Assembly (NCBI RefSeq): GCF_000299365.1
Contig: NC_018655.1
Span: forward strand, 390,001 to 422,000
Direction: 5' to 3'
DNA from: Candidatus Nitrosopumilus koreensis AR1
Lineage (GTDB): Archaea > Thermoproteota > Nitrososphaeria > Nitrososphaerales > Nitrosopumilaceae
Length of the DNA stretch: 32,000 nucleotides
The notes under the pieces were generated by a model. That model was not told the DNA's origin. It made no database searches and was given only the letters and a program-made list of their open reading frames with translations. This document shows positions 1 to 8,450 of this stretch, one piece after another. Position 1 is the stretch's first letter, and each line of letters begins with the position of its first letter. A program made the position numbers and the translations under genes.

Positions 1-2
1 TT

Positions 3-332
3 CCGTTGTTAGAAAATACTGCATACATGATAGAGACACTTGGTTATGATGTTGTCACTGCAAAAGATGGTATGGAGGCAGTTGACGTGTATAGATCTGC
101 ACAACCTTCGATGACTTTTATGGATGTTAAAATGCCCAAGCAAGATGGATTTGATGCGTTTTTCAAAATTAAAGAGTTTGATCCTGATGCAAAAGTTGTA
201 TTGATTACTGCTTATAATATGGATGAGAAAAAGCACCTAAAAGCTAAGAGTATGAATCTCTTAGAAACAATAGAAAAACCATATGATATGGAAAAACTAG
301 AAACAACTCTTGATAAATATCTGAACTCATAA
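3..332 (+). CDS. Response-regulator receiver (CheY-like REC) domain protein, 5' end cut by window edge
   Basis: Frame is open to position 1. Phospho-acceptor context FMDVKMPKQDG, then VVLITAY (conserved T) and IEKPY (conserved K), in the order expected of REC domains. Confidence 0.85.
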   Translation, partial: PLLENTAYMIETLGYDVVTAKDGMEAVDVYRSAQPSMTFMDVKMPKQDGFDAFFKIKEFDPDAKVVLITAYNMDEKKHLKAKSMNLLETIEKPYDMEKLETTLDKYLNS

Positions 333-1187
333 TTTTTTTAGATTTTTTACTATTTTGAATCGTTTTTCATAAAAATCTGTCACCTCATCTAAAAATGACT
401 GATACCATGATTTTAGATCTCTGTCTCCTTTTGTGATCAATTTGTACCATTGTTGATATTCCAGTGAAGATTTTTTTTTCTGAGGATTTTTTGAGATTAG
501 TAACTGTGTGTAGTACCAACATGAAATCTGTTCAGCCAGATCTGTTTCCTCAATATGTTCAAAATTATCAAGATATTTTGTTGAAAGGTATGTCAGGATT
601 TCGTATACTGGTATTTTTGAAATTTTTGTAGTTTGGATGTTATCTAAGAACAACCCTTTTGCTAACAATCTTAATCTGTACACCTCGTTGCCTATTGTAT
701 TTTTCAGATATTCCCATTTTCCAAAAATCCATGGTATCACGTCCTTGTATTTCTCTGCCATCATGTCGATCTCCTTGTTTGTTAGGTCTAAGACATCTAA
801 GCAATACAAAATACCATGTATTGATAGCCTGTATATGTTGGCAGGTGCCTTTAGTCTACTCTTTCCATCAATAACCACTAAACCTGTCTCGAGAACACCC
901 ATGGAATGTCTTCCTCGATCATCTCTACCCACAAGAAATTTTCTGTATTGTTTTTCTCTGGATCTAATTTTTGCAGTATCGTTTGCTAGTTCCACTTTTG
1001 CCATCCCCCACGTTGTCTGTGGACCGTTTATGGCAAGTACGTGAAGCATTCTTTGGATATTTTCGTGATGTTTGGGGATGGTTTTTTTCCTATATGAAAA
1101 TTCTCCATACATTCTTCTTGCAGTTGGTCTTGTGTATGTCTTGTATGCATAAAGATTTCCTAGTGTGCCTGGTTTTATTTCTGCCAA
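327..1187 (-). CDS. Hypothetical protein with N-terminal winged-helix-like segment
   Basis: Long ORF convergent with the REC gene (6-nt overlap). IQRMLHVLAINGPQTTWGMAKV followed by YRKFLVGRDDRGRHSMGVLETGLVV looks like HTH plus wing. The rest is unrecognised. The plus-strand ORFs inside it are low-complexity shadows. Confidence 0.6.
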   Translation of the reverse strand: MAEIKPGTLGNLYAYKTYTRPTARRMYGEFSYRKKTIPKHHENIQRMLHVLAINGPQTTWGMAKVELANDTAKIRSREKQYRKFLVGRDDRGRHSMGVLETGLVVIDGKSRLKAPANIYRLSIHGILYCLDVLDLTNKEIDMMAEKYKDVIPWIFGKWEYLKNTIGNEVYRLRLLAKGLFLDNIQTTKISKIPVYEILTYLSTKYLDNFEHIEETDLAEQISCWYYTQLLISKNPQKKKSSLEYQQWYKLITKGDRDLKSWYQSFLDEVTDFYEKRFKIVKNLKKL

Positions 1188-1298
1188 TCACACAACTCCA
1201 TCTTTGATCATATAATAATTTTATAGAGAAATTCTACGTTAGCATCCCACAAACAGCTGGACATTTTTTTATTTCATCTTTATAGCTGTGATGAGAAT

Positions 1299-1316
1299 CC
1301 TTCATGGCACCCCGCA
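1299..1316 (+). promoter_or_regulatory. GC-rich 18-nt element ccttcatggcaccccgca, copy 1, upstream of TATA-like box of the 1362 gene
   Basis: Exact 18-nt match to 7278-7295. It ends 45 nt before ATG 1362, with aaatataaaa (1334-1343) about 24 nt before the ATG. Confidence 0.35.
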
Positions 1317-1361
1317 TTGTCACATCTATTGTGAAATATAAAAAAAATTTTCTGGTTTATC

Positions 1362-2396
1362 ATGAGCAAATTTACAATAGAACAAAAACATGTTTCTGAA
1401 AATAACAAAAAACACAGAATTGTTTCGTGTTTTGGTTGTTTTTCACAAATGGAAGTAAAAGAAGGTGTAATTGGATATGGTGGAGATTTTTTCCATCCAC
1501 AATGTTGGAAGGATTTTGAAAAATCTTCTACGGTAACATCTGATCTTAAAACCGGCCAAAAGAAAATTCTGATTATTGGTTTAGGTGAAATTGGATATAC
1601 TAATGCACAATACATGTCAGAAATTGGACTTTGGGTAGATGGCTATGACATTAATCCAGAAACCATGCAACGAGCACTAGATGAAAATGTAATCAAAGAA
1701 AAGGCTGAGAGTTTTTCTGGCTATGATTATTATCTAATCTGCATCTCGACACACAAACCTGAAAACATGTTTGTGCCTTATCTTGATGGTGTATATGAAA
1801 CCGCATATAGGTTACTAAAAGAAGCAAAAAATGGAGCACTATTAGGAATTGATAGTACAGTTCCACAAAACACAACCAGGAAAATCCTAGAAATTCTTAA
1901 CCATAAATTACACGTTGTTCATGTTCCACACAGATACTATAAACATGAAAAAGATGAACATGGTGTACAACAAGAACGCGTAATTGGAGCTTGTGAACAA
2001 TGCTGTTTAGATGCAGGACGCAAATTTTACGGTCATGTACTACGAATCCCATTACATATTGCAAACACTCCTGATGTTGCAGAACTGACAAAAATCGTAG
2101 AAAACTCGTATCGTTATGTCCAAATTGCTTTTTCAGAGGAAATGAAAATACTTTGTGACAATATTGGTGTCGACTTTGACGAACTTCGAAATTCGGTAAA
2201 CACAAAATGGAATATTGACATGCTTCAAGCTATTGATGGTATTGGAGGGCATTGTCTTCCAAAAGATAGCCAAATGGTGCTTGATTTGTCAAAACAATAT
2301 GTTCCAAACAGCATCATTGAGTCATCAAAGAAAGTAGATTCCAGATACAGGATGCATATCAAAAACAAAACACTTCTTCCCACTAACTCGGCATGA
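1362..2396 (+). CDS. UDP-glucose/GDP-mannose dehydrogenase-family (nucleotide-sugar dehydrogenase)-like protein with N-terminal Cys/His extension
   Basis: Rossmann motif KILIIGLGEIGYTNA. Catalytic-Cys signature GIGGHCLPKD near the C-terminus. About 65-aa N-terminal extension with CFGC...HPQC. Only about 45 aa follow the catalytic Cys, so the usual C-terminal nucleotide-sugar-binding domain seems absent. Confidence 0.75.
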   Translation: MSKFTIEQKHVSENNKKHRIVSCFGCFSQMEVKEGVIGYGGDFFHPQCWKDFEKSSTVTSDLKTGQKKILIIGLGEIGYTNAQYMSEIGLWVDGYDINPETMQRALDENVIKEKAESFSGYDYYLICISTHKPENMFVPYLDGVYETAYRLLKEAKNGALLGIDSTVPQNTTRKILEILNHKLHVVHVPHRYYKHEKDEHGVQQERVIGACEQCCLDAGRKFYGHVLRIPLHIANTPDVAELTKIVENSYRYVQIAFSEEMKILCDNIGVDFDELRNSVNTKWNIDMLQAIDGIGGHCLPKDSQMVLDLSKQYVPNSIIESSKKVDSRYRMHIKNKTLLPTNSA

Positions 2397-3124
2397 ACAT
2401 CAAAATTGCCGGTGCTATTTCTACTGGACTAATCATAGTTTTAGCAGTTGTATTGGTTATGCCTCCTTTCTTGTCATACCAATTTACACCTCAGCATGTA
2501 TTACTTCTATTTACTATTGATTCGAAAAAAGACACATCGTCTTGGTGTACACAACTATCTCAAGTTTTAGAAAAACATGACGCAACAGCAGCCATCTTTT
2601 TGTCAGGAAGTACTGCAGAACAACATCCTGACTGCATAACATCTTTTTCTGATGAAATTGATATTGGAAGCCAGGGCTATACTGGTAATTCTATTCCTCT
2701 TATACCTGATTACTCTGACCAACTAGAGGAGGTTAAAAAAGGAAAACAAGTAATTGATGAAATTGGAAATTTTGATTCCAAACTGTTCAAATCCCCCTAT
2801 GGAGATACTGATCAAAATATTTACTCTCTTCTTGAAAAATCTGGAATTTTAGCTGATTTTTCTTATGATACGCAATACAATAAATTCCATAATGGGCAAT
2901 TTATCTGGTTTACAATCGAGTCATACGATGCAAATTCATTTAGTATTGATGACATTCCAACAAAAAGTTCAGAACGCATTAACCCTATAATAATTAATTT
3001 TGAAAACAACATCGCTATAGATGAAATTGATGATCTTTTATCTGATGTAAAAAAACAACGAGTCACATTCGTTAGCGCTTCGGATTTGGTTGGCTTTGAA
3101 CTAAACTCGATGGAGGGATTATAA
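2393..3124 (+). CDS. Membrane-anchored NodB-homology (CE4 polysaccharide deacetylase)-like protein, degenerate metal motifs
   Basis: ATGA overlap with the upstream gene. N-terminal TM helix AISTGLIIVLAVVLVMPPF. LLFTIDSKKD (TFDD-like), FKSPYG (RxPY-like), ADFSYD. No clear HxxxH. Confidence 0.5.
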   Translation: MNIKIAGAISTGLIIVLAVVLVMPPFLSYQFTPQHVLLLFTIDSKKDTSSWCTQLSQVLEKHDATAAIFLSGSTAEQHPDCITSFSDEIDIGSQGYTGNSIPLIPDYSDQLEEVKKGKQVIDEIGNFDSKLFKSPYGDTDQNIYSLLEKSGILADFSYDTQYNKFHNGQFIWFTIESYDANSFSIDDIPTKSSERINPIIINFENNIAIDEIDDLLSDVKKQRVTFVSASDLVGFELNSMEGL

Positions 3125-3125
3125 C

Positions 3126-4565
3126 ATGTCTGAGCTAGTACAAATCCCTAACAAAACAAACCAAAAAGTTACCTCTGATGGAAAAATACATGTCGAACAG
3201 AAAGGCTGGCTAGTTAGAATACCTACTTTGATTGGTATTTTGTGTACCATGTTCTATACTGCCTACCTGGGAATTGAATTCGGTCAACCATTGATTGTTT
3301 TTTCAGTAATCCTTCCACTGCACTCTTTTCTAATTTTACTGGTTGGGTGGTTTTTTTACAAAAACCCTGCACATCATAGCAAAATTGACAATGCCTTGAT
3401 TTCTGTAATTGTTCCTGTCTACAATCAACAAAACATGATTGACAAGGTTCTAGATGCGATATTTGCCTCTACCTATTCTAACATAGAAGTGGTGGCAGTC
3501 AATGATGGTAGTACCGATAAGAGTTTAAACAAATTACGTAAACTTGAAAAAAAATACCCTAAACTACGAGTATTGAACAAAAAGAATGAAGGTAAAAGAA
3601 AAGCAATTGCTGATGGCTTTAAAATCTCTAAAGGGGATTATTTTGTTCTAATTGATTCTGATAGTATTATTGATAAATACGCCATTGAAGAATTTGATAA
3701 AGCATTTGCAAAAGATTCCAAAGTGGGTTCACTGGTAGGACATGCAAAAGTTTGGAACGCTGAAAAGAATCTCTTAACCCGATTTCAAGATGTATGGTAT
3801 GATTATTTCTTTAACATACGAAAGACAACTGAAAGTACATTTGGCACTGTTTTATGCTGTTCGGGTTGCTTGGCAGCATATAGACGAGAAGCTTTGGCAC
3901 CATTTATCCCATTTTGGGAAAAATCAAAAATCCACTATGGTGATGACCGAGAACTTACATCATATGTCATTGCCCCTAAATGGGCAAAATCTGAAATTGA
4001 AAACCTGTATGTTGATAATAATGGAAATTCTCTTTCTACATTGACTCAGAAAACGATGAAGGCGATGTCTGAATATGATGATGCAGAGGACAGAGCCTTA
4101 ACTGCCCAATCTCTTTTCAACTGGAAATCACAATATGTCGCAAGCTCCGTGGTTTATACCGATGTTCCTGAAAAATGGAATATTTTTATCAAACAACAAA
4201 AACGATGGAAAAAAGGTACCACTAGAGTTAATTTCTTTGTAAGCACCTTCTTTTGGAAACGCAATCCGTTGATTGCATTGATCTTTTACCTTGATTTCAT
4301 GTCCATGTTTTCAACCCCATTGATCATGGTTACACTATTTGCATACGTACCAATAATATTGCAAGATTGGACACTTCCACTAATCTATCTACTGGGAATG
4401 ATTCTGCCTGGATTGTCGCATGGAAGTGACTATAAATTCAGAGATACAAAGTCCAAAAACTGGAAATTTAAACCATGTATGGATCTGGTTACGACATTTG
4501 TTACCTCTTGGTTAATATTTCCTGCACTTTGGAGCTTTAAGAAAAATGAATGGTTGACAAGATGA
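3126..4565 (+). CDS. Processive family-2 glycosyltransferase, hyaluronan/chitooligosaccharide (HAS/NodC)-synthase-like
   Basis: VIVPVYNQ...AVNDGSTD, DxD as LIDSDS, CCSGCLAAYRREAL, GDDRELT and QQKRW (QxxRW processivity motif). Multiple TM helices at both ends. Start is 1 nt after the upstream stop. Confidence 0.9.
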   Translation: MSELVQIPNKTNQKVTSDGKIHVEQKGWLVRIPTLIGILCTMFYTAYLGIEFGQPLIVFSVILPLHSFLILLVGWFFYKNPAHHSKIDNALISVIVPVYNQQNMIDKVLDAIFASTYSNIEVVAVNDGSTDKSLNKLRKLEKKYPKLRVLNKKNEGKRKAIADGFKISKGDYFVLIDSDSIIDKYAIEEFDKAFAKDSKVGSLVGHAKVWNAEKNLLTRFQDVWYDYFFNIRKTTESTFGTVLCCSGCLAAYRREALAPFIPFWEKSKIHYGDDRELTSYVIAPKWAKSEIENLYVDNNGNSLSTLTQKTMKAMSEYDDAEDRALTAQSLFNWKSQYVASSVVYTDVPEKWNIFIKQQKRWKKGTTRVNFFVSTFFWKRNPLIALIFYLDFMSMFSTPLIMVTLFAYVPIILQDWTLPLIYLLGMILPGLSHGSDYKFRDTKSKNWKFKPCMDLVTTFVTSWLIFPALWSFKKNEWLTR

Positions 4566-6976
4566 TCGACAAAAAATTATTTTTATTATTTGTTGGTGTG
4601 TTGTTGATTCCCAGCTTGGCCTCTGATGTGTTTGCTGAAAACACTGCGCTTCAAATCGAACTAACATATCCTAACGGTGACAGGGTCTCACTTGGCAACA
4701 CTAACCTTGTAATTGAATCTCAAGATGATTCAATACATCAGGAATTGATAGGAACGTCATCTGAACCATATTTTACCACTGAACTGCCAGTTGATTCCAG
4801 ATATGAAATTCTAGTATATGTCAACGATATGCTGGCAGGAACAAAGTATCTTTCATTAGATGATAAAACAGAACACCTAATCAAAATTCCAATAAATCCT
4901 TCTGTTGGGATGAAGTTTATTGCATATTATGAAGATGGCAAAACTCCCATTGAAGGTGCTCTCTTGGAATTATATTCTCATAATGGAAACTTGATCAAAT
5001 CTGCAAAAACAGATGCTGAAGGTAAAACCCTCAGATTTTGGGTATCTTCAACTATTGCCACAGGTGATCATTATAGAGTAAAGATTTCAATCTCAGATGA
5101 TCTAGTCTATGAATCCACAGAAATACGTCTTGGTTCGGGAAGCTCAGATTTTGACATTGTTACAAATTGGCCTGCTGTAGTTGATTTTATCAAAATAAAC
5201 AGTAACTTGGAAAATTACCCCAATCATTCTTATGAAAAAAATGTTGTTGCTCGAGTTTTTAATGAACAACTAGAAAAATCAGCAACATTTGTTCGTGATT
5301 CAGCTCACATCACTGAACTACAAGTAGGCAAATATCAAGTATGGGTATTTGAGAAAAACAACCCTTCACATTTGCTTGCCAATCAAACCATCATAGTTGA
5401 TGACAACTCTGGTCAGTATGATGTTTCTGTCTTGAACTCTTTGCCTGAATCAAATGTTGTATCCGAACCATCATTACAAGTCAATTCCAATCCTGATAAA
5501 TCAGAATTTTTAAATGATTTTTCAAATCTGTCTTGGACAAAACAATCTTCTTCAGGGCAACAGACTCAAAACATTGATGATAATCTCTTACAACTAGTAA
5601 CTGAAGGAAATAATGATGCTGTCTTTACCAGAAGTTCCTTTGATAAAATGGATCTAAGTGATAAAAAAATTACAATATCTTATTCACTTGATAATATTTC
5701 ATCACTTGAACAATTTTGGATTTATTTCTCGCATGATGACTTTGAGTCTTGGTATACTCACAAGATATCCGTTCCTAAAGCAACTGATGGCAAGTTGTTG
5801 ACATACACTTTCCAAATATCTGATTCAGACATTACTGGTGAGCCCGACATGTCTTCACTATCTCAAGTACAGGTCAGAATAAAAGATAATTCTGTTGGTC
5901 CTGTAACTTTGAATTTATATGAATTTTTTATTGAAAACACCTCCTCTGATCAAATAACTAATGTGGGATACTCTGATCTAGAAAGTTGCAACTGTGTAGC
6001 ATTTAGACTGGATGACATCCAAGACTTTTTCTTGGCCGACGTACAAATAGAACTGATTAAGACTTTTCAAAGAAATAACGTTGATCTAACAATTGGAGTG
6101 ATTGCAAATCAAATTGGAAAAGACATTGATCTAACTGACTTTGTCTCAAGTGTGTCTGATGCGCCTGGAATCGGGTTTGCAAATCATGGGTGGAACCATG
6201 ATGATTTTGCACAATTTGATACCGTGGGTCAGGAGATGTTGATATTAAGATCCAACAACAAGATTGTTGAATTGTTTGGGGTGGAACCAACTGTTTTCAT
6301 CCCACCTTTTAACAGCTATAATGATGCAACTGTGTCTGCGTTGTTGTCATTAGAGTTTACACATTTTAGTTCAGAACTTGATTTCGCTACGCCACCATTC
6401 CCACTTTCTGGCCAAACTTTGTATCATTTTCCAGAAACAGCGTTTACCGGAGAATTAAATGATGAAAGAACACAATTTGTTGGATTGAGTGCTGATACTA
6501 CCTTTGATCAGGTGACAAAAAGCATTAGTGAGCATGGATTTGCAGTAGTTACATTACATCCACAAGAATTCTCATTATTTTATCACCAAAACTATCAAAA
6601 CGATGTAAACTTTGCACAAATTGAACAATTGGAGATATTGTTTGGAAAACTAAATGAACACAACATTGACACCGTTTTGATAAGCGAAATAAATACCGAG
6701 CCAAACCAAAAATTAATTGTTCCTCAATGGATCAAAAACAACGCACAATGGTGGGTTGAAGACCGTGTTTCTACTGAGGAGTTTGTTAATTCTTTAGAGT
6801 TTTTAATTTCTGAGGATGTTATCCATGTGTCTCAAACAGAACAGACTGGAGTCTCGCATGAAATACCTGTATGGGTCAAACAAAATATTGAATGGTGGGC
6901 ACACGGATTTACCAGTGATTTGGAATTTCTAAATGCAACTGAATTTTTAATACAAAACGGTATTATTCAAATTTGA
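4550..6976 (+). CDS. Large secreted multidomain protein with CE4/DUF2334-type polysaccharide deacetylase domain and two C-terminal W-rich surface modules
   Basis: Signal peptide LFLLFVGVLLIPSLASDVFA (ATG 4562 gives an ATGA overlap with the GT2 stop and may be the true start). CarboxypepD_reg-like segment GKTPIEGALLELY...TDAEGKT. Deacetylase motifs AFRLDD, HGWNH, FIPPFN. Tandem about 35-aa modules at the C-terminus. Confidence 0.8.
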   Translation: MVDKMIDKKLFLLFVGVLLIPSLASDVFAENTALQIELTYPNGDRVSLGNTNLVIESQDDSIHQELIGTSSEPYFTTELPVDSRYEILVYVNDMLAGTKYLSLDDKTEHLIKIPINPSVGMKFIAYYEDGKTPIEGALLELYSHNGNLIKSAKTDAEGKTLRFWVSSTIATGDHYRVKISISDDLVYESTEIRLGSGSSDFDIVTNWPAVVDFIKINSNLENYPNHSYEKNVVARVFNEQLEKSATFVRDSAHITELQVGKYQVWVFEKNNPSHLLANQTIIVDDNSGQYDVSVLNSLPESNVVSEPSLQVNSNPDKSEFLNDFSNLSWTKQSSSGQQTQNIDDNLLQLVTEGNNDAVFTRSSFDKMDLSDKKITISYSLDNISSLEQFWIYFSHDDFESWYTHKISVPKATDGKLLTYTFQISDSDITGEPDMSSLSQVQVRIKDNSVGPVTLNLYEFFIENTSSDQITNVGYSDLESCNCVAFRLDDIQDFFLADVQIELIKTFQRNNVDLTIGVIANQIGKDIDLTDFVSSVSDAPGIGFANHGWNHDDFAQFDTVGQEMLILRSNNKIVELFGVEPTVFIPPFNSYNDATVSALLSLEFTHFSSELDFATPPFPLSGQTLYHFPETAFTGELNDERTQFVGLSADTTFDQVTKSISEHGFAVVTLHPQEFSLFYHQNYQNDVNFAQIEQLEILFGKLNEHNIDTVLISEINTEPNQKLIVPQWIKNNAQWWVEDRVSTEEFVNSLEFLISEDVIHVSQTEQTGVSHEIPVWVKQNIEWWAHGFTSDLEFLNATEFLIQNGIIQI

Positions 6977-7268
6977 TTGAATTTTTTCAAATAAAAAATT
7001 ATGGTGTTACAGGTTTTATGAAAAACACTGTAACACTACCATCATTGATCTTTACTTTTGATTTTCCAAACATGGGGTGTTTTGAAAGTTTCATTTTATG
7101 CCTCCGCAATTTGGAATCTGCTTGATATTGAAGCATCTTCTTGACACATTTCTATTTTGAAACATATCATGCATGTTCTGAACCTCTCGTCGTATTCCCA
7201 TTGATGGTTATGGTTGTATTTCATTACGTGCTTTACATAAAATGAATATTTATCATTCTTTGAAAAAC

Positions 7269-7295
7269 TGCGGGGTACCTTCATGGCACCCCGCA
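7269..7295 (+). promoter_or_regulatory. GC-rich element copy 2, here embedded in an 8-bp-stem hairpin (tgcggggt / accccgca)
   Basis: 7278-7295 is identical to 1299-1316. 7269-7276 is the reverse complement of 7288-7295 (11-nt loop). The TATA-like ctattatatc (7310-7319) lies about 24 nt before ATG 7339. Confidence 0.35.
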
Positions 7296-7338
7296 ATTAA
7301 TCCTACAATCTATTATATCTTCATACGTAATAGATAAC

Positions 7339-7461
7339 ATGCAAGTCCTACAAACAAACAAACGAATTGCCCTGACATCAAATTCATCCTCGTCTCATTC
7401 ATCTAAACTAACATGGAAGGATGTACAGGGACTTTCATGGATATTTGAAGATGATTGGTGA
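7339..7461 (+). CDS. Possible 40-aa small ORF (MQVLQTNKRIALTSNSSSSHSSKLTWKDVQGLSWIFEDDW)
   Basis: Not in the ORF track (below the size cut-off). Its ATG sits at the same spacing from the 18-nt element and a TATA-like box as ATG 1362 does. No family recognised. Confidence 0.2.
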   Translation: MQVLQTNKRIALTSNSSSSHSSKLTWKDVQGLSWIFEDDW

Positions 7462-7534
7462 TGCTTAATAATCACTTATCATAAAAATATTCTATGAATC
7501 AAAATTTTCTAATTTTATTTTGTGGTGATGTGAA

Positions 7535-8347
7535 TTGAAAATCATCTTCTTATTTAGCATGTTGATTATTGGTAGCTTGATTGGTACTGCACATGCTCAA
7601 AACACCTATGACATTAACATTCCTACTGGTGCCTCAGATCCTACTGCCCCCTTTTTTTGGCAAAGTGAAAAGGGTGGGGGCACAACAGGTGTAATTGAGA
7701 TAATTGTTGGTGATACTGTAGTCTGGAAGAATGCTGATACCGTTGCACATACTGTGACTTCTGGAACTCCTGAAACTGGTCCTGATAACATGTTTAACAG
7801 CGGCTTGTTTGCTCCTGGAAAATCTTATCCATTACAATTCAATGAAGTTGGTAATTTTCCATATTTTTGTACTGTTCATCCTTGGGCAGTTGGAGAGGTT
7901 ATAGTTACAGAAGGATTATCTGTGTTGCCTGATGTGGGTAAAAAAATAACTAATGGAGATTCCTCTTTTGATCTTGAATACAAATTTAGTCGATTACTTG
8001 ATAATCCTCAAATTAACGTTGACCAAAAATCAATCACTTTTGAATTGATAGGGCAATCACAATCCTCTGATCATGATCTCTTTTTGAAGTTGCCTTCTGC
8101 ACTTTTAGATGGGCCTTATGTGATCTGGGCTGATGGTGAAAAACTTGTTGATTTTGAACATGAACAAGAAAATGGACTCAATACTTTGCTGATTCCATTA
8201 ACAGAGAAATCAAAAACACTTACAATTGTAGGAACATATGTCATTCCAGAATTTGGAACCTATGTGATGATAGTTTTACTAACTGCCATTGCGTCTGTCA
8301 TAATGGTATCTTTCAAATTAAAATCAAACCTTATTCTACGTGTTTGA
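7535..8347 (+). CDS. Secreted cupredoxin (plastocyanin/amicyanin-like blue copper protein) with PEFG-type C-terminal sorting signal
   Basis: TTG start needed for the signal peptide MKIIFLFSMLIIGSLIGTAHA. Copper ligand contexts TVAHTVTSG and PYFCTVHPWAVG. C-terminus IPEFG plus TM helix plus basic tail (PEFG-CTERM pattern described for Thaumarchaeota). Confidence 0.85.
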   Translation: MKIIFLFSMLIIGSLIGTAHAQNTYDINIPTGASDPTAPFFWQSEKGGGTTGVIEIIVGDTVVWKNADTVAHTVTSGTPETGPDNMFNSGLFAPGKSYPLQFNEVGNFPYFCTVHPWAVGEVIVTEGLSVLPDVGKKITNGDSSFDLEYKFSRLLDNPQINVDQKSITFELIGQSQSSDHDLFLKLPSALLDGPYVIWADGEKLVDFEHEQENGLNTLLIPLTEKSKTLTIVGTYVIPEFGTYVMIVLLTAIASVIMVSFKLKSNLILRV

Positions 8348-8450
8348 TTTTAAAATTAGTCAACTCGTAAACTGGAAATTTCACATGTGCGGTTTTGACA
8401 AACTTGTTTAATAGTATCATTTATCAACAAGAAAAATCAAAAATTTCCAA

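Noticed and set aside
637-1207. Three plus-strand ORFs (637-1044, 659-874, 971-1207) inside the 327-1187 minus-strand gene
   Set aside because: They overlap each other in different frames and have Ser/Leu/Phe/Cys-rich, low-complexity composition typical of antisense shadows. The minus-strand ORF is longer and protein-like.
1281-1345. Possible C/D-box sRNA: gtgatga (C-box-like) at 1288-1294, next to the GC-rich 18-mer
   Set aside because: No CUGA D box or C'/D' boxes follow on either strand. The same goes for gtgatga at 9898-9904. The sequence is better explained as promoter-proximal.
1280-1615. 111-aa minus-strand ORF across the promoter and start of the dehydrogenase gene
   Set aside because: It overlaps a well-supported plus-strand gene and its TATA region. 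Its composition is shadow-like.
7096-7296. 66-aa minus-strand ORF with C-x2-C-x5-C, starting inside the GC-rich hairpin
   Set aside because: No second Cys pair or recognisable fold. Its start is created by the hairpin element itself. It cannot be supported without conservation data. The coding status is left open rather than called.
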